Source: Octopus vulgaris (taxonomy: Eukaryota). Taken from it: a stretch of 64,000 nucleotides of DNA. The position numbers and the translations under genes were made by a program. The notes under the pieces are model-generated. The model did not search any database and was not told the DNA's origin. It was given only the letters and a program-made list of their open reading frames with translations. Every line of letters starts with the position of its first letter. Position 1 is the stretch's first letter. Positions 25,560 through 39,075 of the stretch are shown piece after piece. The DNA is taken from contig OX597815.1 of assembly GCA_951406725.2 (NCBI GenBank), positions 120,590,001 to 120,654,000 of the forward strand, given 5' to 3'.

Positions 25560-25632
25560 AGGCTGTCTGGTGGATTCGAACCCACATCTTCTGCGAATAT
25601 GAGAGACGTGCTGACAATTACACGAAAGCAAC
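25560..25632 (-). pseudogene. tRNA-like remnant (pseudogene or SINE head)
   Basis: GTGTAATTGTCAGCAC D-arm-like and GTGGGTTCGAATCCAC T-arm; anticodon and acceptor arms pair poorly. Confidence 0.45.
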
Positions 25633-26320
25633 ACTTCGAATTTTCTCCATTCATTTTAGCTTTATTTTCAGTCATTTTTAATACCACTTTTAGATAATGA
25701 AACTATTACACTTGAACAATGACGAAATATATCGTAGAATGCAGAAACAAAGCAAAAATGCTTTTTTTTTTTCTCGAAACAAAATAATACAGAAAAAGCT
25801 ACTAATTTTGAGCTACACACTTCTCTACCACAATAAGAAATGTTGCTTTGGTATGATTGTTAATGCGTCTTAGAGAAAAGGTAGGGGAGAATCCCACGAG
25901 CACCCTTCAACTTTTTTTCCATCCAGGTTATTTTTGCCCAATATTCTACACACTATTATGTGTAGCTTTATCAACTCCAAGTTCTATCGTAAAAAGAAAA
26001 TTTATTTCAATTCTCTCAACCTTTCTTAATTCTTGTTATGTAAACAACATACAATTCTCGCTGGTTAGAACAAACCTTCTAAAATGAATGGAGAAAAATC
26101 TAAATGTTGCTTTGATCTTTGGTTAGTACACTTGTCCTGTTCACCGAATATGTAGATCCTTATCTCACAAGCAGCTTTCGACCCCTTGCCACCGAGGCCT
26201 TTTTAAGCCCCATATTCTACATGTCATTACTCGCAGATATTTTTAAAACTTCGAGTTATGCAGTAAATACAATACATACATACACACACATACATACTTG
26301 CATACATATACATACATACA

Positions 26321-26510
26321 TATGCAAGAGTTACGGAATTTAGCATGGGAAACCCGGGCTATATATGTTTCATAGCGAGTGGACTATCCTTGGCCGGATG
26401 AGTAGCCGGCAGTATACACCTCACTTGGATTTTACCACTTCTGAGGTTCCACTCGCTATGAAACATATGTAGCCCGGATTTCTCATACTCCATTTTGTAA
26501 GTCTTGTATT
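26321..26510. repeat. Inverted repeat with arms of about 60 bp, formed by an inverted duplication of a hammerhead 3' half
   Basis: CCGGGCTATATATGTTTCATAGCGAGTGGA pairs with TCCACTCGCTATGAAACATATGTAGCCCGG. Confidence 0.85.
26386..26479 (+). ncRNA. Degenerate type I hammerhead ribozyme with long stem II
   Basis: ATCCTTGGC-CGGATGA-GTAGC...GCTAT-GAAA-CATATG-TA-GCCCGGAT; the core CUGAUGA is mutated to CGGAUGA. Confidence 0.55.
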
Positions 26511-26818
26511 CTTTTTCGCACACTCAGCAACCCTGGTTGCCTACTGAGGAATATAAAATACATTTTTTCAACTCCTCGTTCTTCGATAGAAGAGAAAATC
26601 CTCAACCTTCCGTCTCAATAAACTACTACTGATACTGAAAGTTTTTTTACATTCACTGCGGATTTCTAAAAGGTAACTTTCTTCCTACACTTCAATCCTC
26701 GGATCTTACATTTACACACACACACATATATACGGAGAAAAAGACAAGAAAAAACAACAATGCGTGGACGTGGTACATGCAAAGTATTAATAAGACGCTC
26801 GCAGAAGGAAAGAAAGGG

Positions 26819-26855
26819 TGTTTTACGTTTCGAGCAAAGCTCTTCTTCAGAAACA
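26819..26855 (-). ncRNA. Minimal type I hammerhead ribozyme (Penelope-like-element type)
   Basis: TGTTT-CTGAAGA-A-GAGC-TTT-GCTC-GAAA-CG-TA-AAACA: stem I 5 bp, stem II 4 bp, palindromic ACGU stem III and GUA cleavage triplet. Confidence 0.82.
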
Positions 26856-26941
26856 GGAGGCAGAGGAAAACCTAAGAAAAAAGGAAGACGAAAGAAAAAA
26901 TCGCCAACAGTCCACATGTGGTTACAATTTGGAATATGTAT

Positions 26942-26990
<49 letters not shown>

Positions 26991-27566
26991 TGTGTGTGTA
27001 TTTCTGGTATGTGTGTGTATGTATTTCTGGTATGTGTATGTGTATCTTTTCTAAATGTGACGATCGTATTTAGTTTTGCAACCATTTTATACTACCAAGT
27101 ATATTAAAGGTTCATGAGTCAATATTGCGTCCTACTTTGTGTTAGCAGTGCGTTGTTTTCATTTTTTTTCAAGTGCATCGCTACAGATTTCCTATAGAAT
27201 TCAAAGCCAGTATTAAAAGCATAAAAATACGCCTACGTAAACAATGCAATAGGACGCAGTATAATATGGTTGCAAAACGAAATACAATCTCCCTACCAAC
27301 AATTAATATATGTACGTATCAGTTGCCAGTAATGCTTAATATGTAAAATTGGTATATCCTATAGTGTTATAATGCTATATTTAAGCAATGTGTTCATGGA
27401 TGGTTACTGAGTTGGATGTGGTGCTGCAGAAGGAGCAAGAACTCCGGAAATAGGCATATACACACATTACCTTTTTTTTTTTTATCTTTGATTGCATTGT
27501 TTACATAGGCGTATCCATATACGAAACGTCGTAACTTTCGGTGTTGGCTCTAAATTCTATAGAAAA

Positions 27567-27630
<64 letters not shown>

Positions 27631-28396
27631 GTATGTATGTATCTTCTATTTTTAATTATTATAAATGTTCCACTGAGGAGGGAGCCGGTTCCCAACAAAG
27701 ATATAGGGCTCCATATTTGGGATGTGTATTTATGTATGTATGAATGTATGTATGTATGTTTGTGTACGTGTGTGTGTGTGTCTGCGTGTTTGTGTAATTG
27801 CATGCACGTATACAGATACACGTAATATTATATTAAAAATGTTAGAAAAAAAGAAAAAAGGTCTTATACACAGCTCTTTAATTTGTAGTCAGATAACTCC
27901 GAAGAAAAAAAAAAGAAAACCTTTAAAACAGGAACTATATGCTTAATAAGTAGTTTTGTTTTGTTTTGTATTGCTTTTACATTTTTATTAAAGAACCTAA
28001 CAGCAATATAATGGTCATGGGAAATAAATATATATACTTTTCATTTTTAGTGTGCGTTCTGGGTTTTTTCATAGTGTTACTTTTGTCTGACAAAAATAAT
28101 GAAATAAATAAATAAATAGCAGGGTTCAAGCCTGAAACATAAATTCGAATATTTTAAATAGAAATTGAAAGGTGAAATCTAAAACTCGCTTACTACTCAT
28201 TAACTCAAGTAACAGATTTCATTTTACTAATTCAGAACAGCTTATATAAAACAAGAAAAATTTTGCAAAGTAATTTTGTGAAAATTTGATTTTTATTTAT
28301 TTCAAAAACCAATTAAAACAATCCTTGAATTCAAGTTTTCATTATTTCAACTTTAATGTCGCGTGATTATATATATGTGAATTTCAATACATGTGT

Positions 28397-28467
<71 letters not shown>

Positions 28468-28967
28468 CGTGAGTATAATTATGTGTGCGTGTATGTATGC
28501 ATCTATGTATGTATGTATTTCTGTGTGTATACACATATGTATTTCTGTGTGTGAGAGGGTATATTTGCATGTATGTGTGTGCAGGTATGCATGCATATGT
28601 GTCTGTCACTGTCCTGTCGGTATATATAATGTATTTTAACACCTCCCCATTGAAGCTAACACTTACCATGTATAAATTAGGAAATGCGAACATGAAAATT
28701 AGAAATAAGAAACCATATGGTATCCAACTAAATGTTATTTTATTTATTTTTTTACTAAACATCCACATATATAAGATTATATATATAATATATATTATTT
28801 CTTGAGGAAGAAGCAAAGGCGTTGTTGATGATCGAAATTGCAGAACGTTAGAACTAAAGTTTCTACATATTTAAAGTTTTATAGCATGTCTAAATTCTGT
28901 GACGAATCACCACTTCTCGTCGGGTTTAGTAAAATAAATACTTTATCAATATAAATAAAAGAGAGTT

Positions 28968-29036
<69 letters not shown>

Positions 29037-29394
29037 GTGTGTGTGTGCGTGCGTGCGTGCATGCGTATGTTCCTTCTGCATTCGAAAACTGAGCTGCCGA
29101 TTTTGATGTACGGGGTATCAAAACATTCAGTAATCTTTCGGCTACCAAAGAGACTTTATTTTCATTTACATATTTTCTACTTTATCTGAACAACCAGCTA
29201 TAGTTATTTGGATGACACTGCTCTAGAACAACCAGGTTTCATTAGAAAGTTAAAAATAGTTTCACACTTTCAATTTGAACCAAAATTACAAAGTGTTGCA
29301 TTACGTGAGTGACGATGTGTGAATAATGAAAGTAATGTTTCTCCGAATTAGTCGTACCTGTACTATAAGAAAAGCTGCTTATCATCTATCTATA

Positions 29395-29765
29395 TACAGA
29401 GTGCCTTCCACAAAAAACACAACCCACAAATCTTTGAGTAAAACTGTTAATTTTAAGGCAATGCTGAGGAAGTTTTGGGCATCATTGGGACGATGTAGAG
29501 GGATAGATCGAGATAAACAGTGGTTCCAGCAAGACAGGGCCACCCACCGCGCATCAAATGACTCTATAGCCTGGCTAAGACTCCCTAGCTTGACTGAGAG
29601 AGCGATTTCAGGAGAGACTGATCAGATTTTTATCTGTGAGGGTATCTCAAGGATAATGCTTACCAGAACAACCCTCAAACGATTGGTGAACTGAAGGCAG
29701 CAATCACAGCAGAAATCAGAGAACTCTCCAAAGAGGAATGTGCTCGAGTAATTGGCACAATAAAT
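29395..29765 (+). mobile_element. Tc1/mariner transposase remnant
   Basis: QWFQQDRATH... and DFYL*GYLKDNAYQNNPQTIGELKAAITAEI; starts at TA-CAGAGTG. Confidence 0.75.
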
Positions 29766-30214
29766 ATTTACTACTAAAATAACCTTGGAAACGAAGTCGG
29801 GTCGCACAATTTTGAGGTCATTTTCGGGCAATATTTCGATTTGCTTCTGTTTCACTTTCATCCGATGTTTCCCGCATGCGTAGAATTCTATTCAGACAAA
29901 CATTTATGAAAATGTACATTTAAATATTGTATTAAAATAATCCACAACCCCAAAAATTTCATTAAAAAACATGCATTTCTTTATATGTTATGAGGAAATA
30001 AAGCCACTCACTCTCTCACTCTCTCACACATTCTCACGCACACATACATACAAAAAAGATGTATGCATATGCATTTATGTACGTGTATATGAAAAATAAT
30101 GTGTGTGTGAGAGGGAGAGAGAGAGCGAGTGAATGCCACTTACAGGTACATGAAAAAATACATACCTGACAGCACATGTCTTTACTCACTCTCTCTCATG
30201 CACACACCCACACG

Positions 30215-30266
<52 letters not shown>

Positions 30267-31524
30267 CATTTCATATACCCGTATATACACCTTTCACTTT
30301 CTCTTTTTACTTTCCACTCTCACTTCAAAGCAAATGTCACCTTTTCCCCTTTTCTTCTCTTTCAATTTCTGCTCTCTTCAAAGCACAAAGAAATAAGAAA
30401 CTTTTACGGAAATTAACGAAAAATCACATGATCGAGTCGACAACTTTGTTGCTTCAGACGAAAGAATGCTATAAAATAACTTCTTTGGCACACACATGAA
30501 CACACACACATACACACACGCACACACACATTCTCTAGGTAAAATATCTGAACGAATTATGTTATTTCTTGTGTGCATGCGCAAAATTACAGCTCAAATC
30601 CAATTGAAATTACCTTTTTTCTATTCTGTAATTTGTGTTTATGATGAGCATATTTAAAAACCTGATCTTCGATATAAACTCTAAAGGAAGTTTTCCCCAG
30701 AAATCTTGTCCTTTATCTGTCGTTTCTAACATGTCCAAGGTGACCTTTGCGCTCCACTCCACTTTATTTTTTTCTTAAATTTCTTCCGATATCTATATTT
30801 TCGATACAGGAGATTAGGAAAGCGGGGACGTTTTTTCAGAAATAATGTCGTTTCCCTGTTGTTTTTAACATATCGGGTTTTCTGGTGGTTGTCTAGTATT
30901 TTTTACTCCTGCTATTTCAGTACAATTCTTGCATGCGGCATACATTAGACATTTTTAGCTTTTTTTAAAGCGGGTAGGTGATCGGTGGGTAAGGTGGGGG
31001 AAGGGGCATTGAGTGTTTCTTCAAGAAAAATCAAACTTTAAAAAAATATATATATTTCTCAAGACTCGTAACCTCTGTATTTTTTCTACGTGAATAAAAA
31101 AATTCGTAAAAAGTTACAAATTAAGAAAGTGAGATGGGGACGGAGGGTAATTAAAATTTTGAAAAAGGAATTTCTGGACAAGATTGTATTGACCCCACTC
31201 TTATACGATGAAATACTACATAGTTTGTGATTCTTCTTAAGAACAGAAAGTACTTTTAAGCAAACCCATGCAAATTGTACCCTTCCCCTTCACTTTCAGA
31301 CAAACAATAACTTCCATTACGCCAGTAATTCAGTTCACTATATATCAGCTGTGCCGATTCTGCCCACAAGAAAGGAACAAATATAATGTGGCTGTAGATC
31401 ATAACACCCGGGCAATGCCGGGATGTATTGCTAGTAATCAAATAGATACTTCCCTAAGCGTAGTGTTGATTTGTTATAGCGCTCTTTTTTCTTGGACACT
31501 ATTTTTAGCTGTATAACCAACAAT

Positions 31525-32110
31525 GAGGTGCGTTCCAGAAGTTTTAAAACTGTTTTAGGAGAGATTTTTAATAATTTCAAAGGAATACAGGACTCCAATC
31601 TCCATCAAAGTAGGAGCCTCTGATTTTATTGCACTTGTAGCACTCCAGCCCGTTCGCGAAGGCCCAACAGGTGTCTTCCAAAGTGAAGGTGTCCAAGACC
31701 TTAGTCATAGCCTCCGTCTTCTCAATGTTCTCAATGTCACAAGGAGCCTGGACTGTAGGGAGGGTGAAGAACAGTCCTGATACCCATCTCGGTCCAGTAG
31801 TTGGTACTAAGATTGAATTGTGGAGTGGTACATTGTCTTGATGCAGGTTCTCTGATCTTTTGGATCGAAATATCTTCCAGAACTCCCTAAAACCTTTAGA
31901 AAGTACTCTTTGTTGAGCGCTTGGTCAGAGGAAACCAAGTGGTTGTAAATGATTCCCTTGCTGCCGAAACAGAGGATTATCATGACGTTCCAGTGGACTT
32001 CTGGAATGCACCTCGTAAAAATAATCTCCATTTCTATATTAACTTGCAATAAACTATGCTCTACAGTCATGCATACTCCCACACTGATCCCAATTGCTCA
32101 CACTACCTCT
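31525..32110 (-). mobile_element. mariner-like transposase remnant
   Basis: VMIILCFGSKGIIYNHLVSSDQALNKEYFLKVL resembles the mariner KxMxxxFxDxxG...GQTVN...Y.EVL region; GAGGTGCGTTCCAGAAGT terminal-like sequence at about 31525. Confidence 0.6.
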
Positions 32111-35100
32111 AGCTTGAAATACTGAACGTTTACCCAAGGTGCCGAAGAAAAGCATCACTGGATGTAAAACTTCGTGTTGAGTTGGTTGGAAGCTGGCAAA
32201 GATTCGGTGTATGAGATAATTCTTACTACTGACAATATCATCAAAATTGCAAAAACTACTAACTAGTTTACTAAGAATGATCCAGCTTGTTTGCGCGGCA
32301 GCAGTGCAAACAGAGATATTTCGAGCATAATATCTTGTTACAGTGAATTACTCCTGAAAAAAAGACTAGTGAAAACGCATATGCCATTTTAGGCATTCGA
32401 AAAGCAGCTAATACATGTAGCCTCGTTTATTGTTGATTCATCCACCCGGGATAACACAGTATACTCAGTTGTGAACCATGTTTCGCTTATCACAGATTGT
32501 GATAATATGGGTCGGCGATCATTCGACGATTCTGCTTATATCGCAAAGCACGCTCCAGTGACTATCAACAGTACTCAGCTCTCTAGAAGTGCCGTGAGAT
32601 TGCGTATTTTTTTAACGGATTCAGGTACTCGTACCTAGAAGTGAATTGAAAAAGTATGGAGGCATCTGGTTCAAACAAACGATGAACACAAGTGTATTTA
32701 TTCTCTACATGAAAATATGTGACAGAGGAAGCTGTCATTGAATCTACCATTTTAAAGCCGGCAGATTCGAACCCCATGTTTTTCTCTAAAAGAAATGTCA
32801 ACTTCCACATCGCAGTGGAAGATATTGAATCTACCATTCGTTCCATTTACAAAGTGCGTGAAAATGATTCATTTATCACTGTTTGTTTTTAAAACAACCT
32901 TCATCCCGTGATAAATGTAGGGGAGGACTACAGCTTTGGAACCTCACTCTAGACTTATCTATCTAGCGCGTTTCTGTTGCTTTTCAACTGAATTAATAGT
33001 AATTAGACTTGTTCTGGGTAAAGTTAATTTCATCTGCTTAATTTTATAATGTTAGCTCTTAATTATTTAAACTTATTTTCTAATTTCATAATTTTATATC
33101 ACAATGCGTAACATCATATTACGTGAAGACTTCACTTTCGTGCCGCATACTTAGGACATGTAGGCTTTTTCGGAAGGAGCCATCCCCTTCCAAGCTCTGA
33201 CTGCACTTATAGTTGCACTCATTCCTCCAAACTAGCAAAGCATTCTTACAGTTTTGCAACTATTGTTGTTTTTGTTTTAGTTGTTGTTGCCGCTGTTGAT
33301 GGTGATGACGAGATTGTTGGTCACAGATCTGCCATGATCAAACAGACCTATGTTCAACCGTGACCGCCCCATCATTTCAAAGTACATAGGGAAACATTGT
33401 CTAACGTGTCGTTTTTGTTTTGTTTTTTATTATCTCATACTGTAGAATCTACTCGAGGGAGGTTTGGTTGCTATTTTCAGCGTGCCTAGTGTTCATCAAA
33501 CCTTTTTCTAAAGTCCTATAGCTATCAACAATGACGTGTTGTTCATATTCCGTGGCACCCATATCTATTAAAGGAGAGCTGAGTCATTTAATAGTTACAT
33601 GAGATGTTCACAGTAATACTAAACAGGATAGGGAAAAACTTTACATTTAACTAATTTACTTTTCGTCTAACATTTGTATTGAATGAAGAGTGTGCTAGAA
33701 ACAAATGAAAAATAAGATATTGAATGCCAAACATCAAAAAGTGCCAGAGAGCAATTTTCTTTATGCGTAGGTAGATATGTGTGTATTGTAATTGAGTGTG
33801 TGTCAAGTTCGGTTACAACAATAATTAATGAATTTAGTCCACACCCGTGAAATTTGAGCTCCAATTTGAGATCCCCTTACCTACTTTCTGTATTACGTAG
33901 CGGTATATTTCTTAATTAAGCACAAGGTCATTTTCTAAGTGGAAAAAAAATTTAAAGCCGACAGATTCGAGCTCCATTTTTTTCTCGGAAGGAAATACCA
34001 TATTCCGCAACAAGATGTCAGCTCTGAAAACCAAGGTTCCGATCATTAACGTTCTTTTAAACGATCTTACTGTTCAAGATGTTACGAATACAGTAAGACC
34101 TTTAATCTAGCATTCTAAAAAACCACGTATTTCGCGTGACAGGGATGATCAATTCAATCGGTCGCAATACTTCAACTAAAGTTAATAGAACTGGCAGAAT
34201 CGTTAGCATTCTGGGCAAAATGCTAAGCCGTATTTCGTACGTCTTAACGCTCTGAGCTGAAACTCCCCGAGGTTGACTTTGTCTTTCTTTCATTCGGAGT
34301 CGGCAAAATAAGTACCAGTTGAGCACGAAATTGCTGACCATGTGCCAAAAATTGTAACCAATATTTTAATAGGAATGATTTTATCGACCCGCTCTCCGCG
34401 AGGAATGAAAACGAAAGACAGCTCCAGAAGAGTTAAGTTTCAGAACGTAGAGGCGCGTAACTAAATGCTGCAAAGCATTTCGTCCGGTGCTCTACTGATC
34501 CTGCCAAGTAGTAAGAAAGCGATAATTTCTGACTTTGGATAAGCGGGAAAGAGTTGATTAAATATTCAGTAATCTATCACTGGTAGCTATTTTATCGAAC
34601 CCAGAAGGGTGAAAAACAATGTTCAATACGAAAGTATTTGAAATCAAAACGTAAAGAGATAGTTTGCTCTACACTCTATAAATGCTACAATTCATTGGCT
34701 TGAATTCTCTTAGTTGTATTACAATAAGCATATCCGCATACATTACTAAGTACTGTTAAAACACATTTCAACTAGTCTAAACTGGTGGTAAAATCTTCAA
34801 AATTCTAATTTCAATGTGTCAATAAAAATGTTACTTTTATTGTCAGTTTCAGGTTCTACATTTGCTGAAAATCCGCACCTCACTTTCTACAAGCACCATT
34901 CAGGGTGATCCCTTCCTGTTCTACTTTCTGTCTCAATCTTTAAATTTTACCAGTCAGTCTCATTTTTACTCTCATGACAATATTGTTTTAAAGAAATTAA
35001 ATGCAAGACAAATTTCTTTATTTCTATGATTGTATCAGTTTTAAAAAAAATTTTCACCATGCACTACTTTGTGCATATAACATCTGAATTATCTGGACCA

Positions 35101-36559
35101 AGTCAGCTTACCTTGCATAATATTTTAACCGAGAGCAGAAGTTCTTCCCGTCATTATATCCTGGTCTAAATCATAATACGAGGATCTGTTGAGAGTTCTG
35201 TTGAAAAGAAGACCTATCGTCAACCTATTCTGTTTCATCCAACATTCTAGCTATTCTGTGTAACCACCAGCCTTCTTGTTGTTATCTCCATTGTACAGAC
35301 CTACGGGGAAAAGTGTTCCCGCTATAAATAGTTTTGTATATCCGGAAATATATTATTGATTGTTCATTTCTTTAATTTTGTAAGACAGTAATGTGGGAAT
35401 GGAAGGCAATGTAGTTGTTATTTCGAACGAATTTAGTGATCACGTAAAAATTCCCTCGTTGAATTGAGAGAACGTCAGAAAAGCAATCATCCCAAATAAT
35501 TTAACTGAGAGTTGGGTCCATCCTGCGTTTTGTCGTAGACATTTGAAATAATTGTCAAGCTACCGTCCTTCACCAAAGTTTGGGCTTGATTGTAATTTAG
35601 TTGATATGAACTGTAGATTGAATGTTTTTCAGAAGAGGACAACATCTATCATCGTCCTGGAACCCTCGCAATGTCTGTTAATCCTAGGTTATGGCATCCT
35701 AAGACGCCCACGAGTGGTTGTTGAACAAAGATATTTTTTTTTACCAAAGCAATTAGTCTATTGCTAAAAAAAAAATATTAGTAATTCGGTGAAAAGTAAT
35801 ATAATATACTAGGTTTGGTAAAAGGAAGAGCAAAAAAAAACCCCCCAAAATACAACAAAAAACACTGGAGTGATAAAAATACACCTCATCTCCAAATGAT
35901 CTTTTATTGTCAAATTGCCCTCATCTTGTTCTGAGTGAAGCAGGTTATTCTAGTGGTAATCTAATTAAAGTTTCTATCCATCTGAACATTCAGTTTGGTC
36001 TGGATGTTCAGATCAAACTAGACTCCAAGCAAGATAATTGATCCTCTGACAAGCACTGGCTAATACATGACATACACCGGCTTAGTCAAGTTAATTAATG
36101 CATCTGTTACTAACTCAATTTTCTCCAAACTGGTGCATTTCCGACGCCATACTTATTGTGTATTTTACTTCTACAGACAACGCTTCCTTGCGTACCAATA
36201 CAATTTGAAAATCTTTTAGTTTATCCATCTTCCGCAGTAAAAGAGAATTTTTTTTAGGGGTGAGGAGAACACACAACAGTGACGCAGAAGCTTTCAGACA
36301 TCCCTGATTGATCGTGAGGCATAACATATTTTTGACAAGTTCTCATTTCTCCTGACCTCCGATAGGAATCTGCAAAATAATACTATGATTCAACCTCTAA
36401 AGAGAGGCACAAAACCAGTCACGCTTAGGACAACTACCAGGCACTTATGGTTACCTCTATCAAATAAATTCGGCAGATATAAGATGATAGAGTTTTAGCG
36501 AAAATATCTCTACTGCCCACTCTCTATGATGTGTCGTATCTCATAATATTGTCCAGCAT

Positions 36560-36970
36560 AGGCGCAGGAGTGGCTGTGTGGTAAGTAGCTTGCCAACCAG
36601 CCACATGGTTCCGGGTTCAGTCCCACTGCGTGGCATCTTGGGCAAGTGTCTTCTGCTATAGCCCCGGGCCGACCAATGCCTTGTGAGTGGATTTGGTAGA
36701 TGGAAACTGAAAGAAGCCTGTCGTATATATGTATATATATATGTATGTGTGTGTGTGTGCTTGTGTGTCTGTGTTTGTCCCCCTAGCATTGCTTGACAAC
36801 CGATGCTGGTGTGTTTACGTCCCCGTCACTTAGCGGTTCGGCAAAAGAGACCGATAGAATAAGTACTGGGCTTACAAAGAACAAGTCCCGGGGTCGATTT
36901 TCTCGACTAAAGGCGGTGCTCCAGCATGGCCGCAGTCAAATGACTGAAACTAGTAAAAGAGTAAAGAGAG
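36560..36970 (+). mobile_element. SINE family B, near full length
   Basis: GGCGCAGGAGTGGCTGTGTGGTAAG head, internal TA/GT microsatellite and GCAGTCAAATGACTGAAAC tail. Confidence 0.88.
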
Positions 36971-37421
36971 TATAGATCGTCTCAGAAGAGAATATGCCTA
37001 AAACTCGTTGCTAGCACTTAACCAAATTTTTAACTCTGCATTGAAATGAATCATTATATCTCCCTCTCTCGTGTTTTTTCCTCTGTAGTGCAACTTCCTT
37101 CTTACTCATATAGCTTGAAATGCTCCAAGTCTGTTTCACTTGCGTTGCATATTGATCTTAACTGAAGCAACGTAAATTTGGAGCATTCTATAGACATCAA
37201 GTAATGGTCGCTTTCTTCTCATACTAAACGCCTTTCATAACTCGGTTATTAGTATTAAACTTTTTGACAAAACTCCACTTCTGCAGAGAAAAGATAGATT
37301 TCCAGATAGTTTAAATAAGTTTTAAAATATCACGAATGAATTCCTCGACAAATAGTGATGAAAGTCAAAACAACTTTTTGGAATCGAACACTAAATATGC
37401 CATTACCGTTTAGTCCAACAA

Positions 37422-37479
37422 ACAATTGTAACTGATCATTAAAGATGTGTTACATACAAACACACACACACACATATTC

Positions 37480-37542
<63 letters not shown>

Positions 37543-37571
37543 ACACAACTTTAATGATCAATTGCAATTGT
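37422..37571. repeat. Foldback with (CA)n-(TA)n-(TG)n core
   Basis: ACAATTGTAACTGATCATTAAAGATGTGTTA pairs with TAACACAACTTTAATGATCAATTGCAATTGT. Confidence 0.8.
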
Positions 37572-37929
37572 GTCTGTACGCTAGCCCATGCAAAAGTTAC
37601 AAGTGGAAATTTGAGTAAGTGTCGCAGTTTTACACGTTAGAGTGGCATTTTCTCAGAACTGCATCAAAGACGCACTCTTACATTGTGTGTCTGCCAGACT
37701 TTGTGTTTTGCTTTTATTAAAGAGGAACATATATTTCCTTTAAATTTTTGATATGTTTTATTCAAACCGTCATCTCCGGAATATACCATAACGACTGACT
37801 TGAGTGAAAGGATCGCCCTGCTAAAAATGTAGACAGATATTTGTAGGTAAAGAGAAGGATGAATAGACATGCAAAAACATAAAAAAGTTAAATAGATATA
37901 GTCCCATGCAGTTATACGGTGTGGCAAAC

Positions 37930-38500
37930 ATGCACGTCGGTATTTCGCTAAGGCTTGCCTCCCGATCTGTGGACCCCACCAATGACACTGTGGATCTACA
38001 GTGGATTCTTTCGGTCTCTACCCATTATCATGCCATTATAATGCCGGCCGCCTTTCACGCCATTCTGCTTTCAATGAGAGCATAAAGCATGGCCTAAACG
38101 CCACAAGCTTCTCTTTCCAGCTCGAACTTACAGGGCTCGACACGTGGGGAATACGGTAAAAGGCCGGACGGCATAACAATTTTCCTGTTCCGCGGTGACA
38201 GTGTCTCATCTGGAATGGCACACGATGCGACAACCTGATGTATTCGGCTGCTAGACTTGGCTTCGCTGCACGTCAAGGCGAGAAGGGCAAAATGTCGAAG
38301 TCTCGGCTGCTCTATGCAAGATTTCTGATCGAGGTTGGGACAATGGAAACCTCCAGCATTCATGGAAACCTCCGGACAACCCTGCTCACTGTTATTGGGG
38401 TCCGAGATGGCTATCCGAAAGTGCGATCCCGTGAGTCTTGCCAGCTGTTCCAGTACATCTCCCTCGCCACCCGCCTGAGCCGTTTTGTCCCGAGACCATA
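37930..38500 (+). mobile_element. CRE-clade RLE non-LTR retrotransposon 3' fragment
   Basis: Across frameshifts: LPICGPHQ*HCGSTVDSFGLYPLSC...GRLSRHSAFNESI...LELTGL...GKRPDGITIF...CLIWNGT...ETS...RESCQLFQYISLA, which corresponds to a CCHC knuckle plus PD-(D/E)xK endonuclease. Confidence 0.8.
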
Positions 38501-38869
38501 AAGCAGAATGACAAATCTCTTTAGTTATAGCTAAAGTTTCTCATTGATGAAATGTAATCTTTCTCTACTCCTGATTAGTAGACATTTTCCTTTTTCATTT
38601 TAAGTATTGACACGCATATACGCACTCTTAAACACACTGACACACAAAGATGAATGTGATATTGATGGAATTTGTTTCCACATCAACCCTCACCTCTCAT
38701 CTCTCTTCCCCAACACATTGCTAGTGTTAAGGCTGCCATATACAAGAGAGACATTTAACTTTAAATTGCTTCGACGTGTTTGATGCAGACCTTTATCTCT
38801 GAGTACACCTTCTTGCAAGAGAAACGTAAAAACGATAGTCATTACTCAAATATTCCGTTTGGTAGAATT

Positions 38870-39075
<206 letters not shown>

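Noticed and set aside
25560-25632. Functional tRNA gene
   Set aside because: Acceptor and anticodon stems do not pair adequately; kept only as a remnant.
27673-27700. CTGAGGA-GGGAGCCGGTTCCC hairpin
   Set aside because: No GAAA follows the hairpin.
32140-32180. CCGAAGA...GCATC/GATGT-AAAAC motif
   Set aside because: It needs several core changes and has no stem I.
36080-36480. Possible decayed RT (GITYF..VLIS)
   Set aside because: Too degenerate to call without a homology search.
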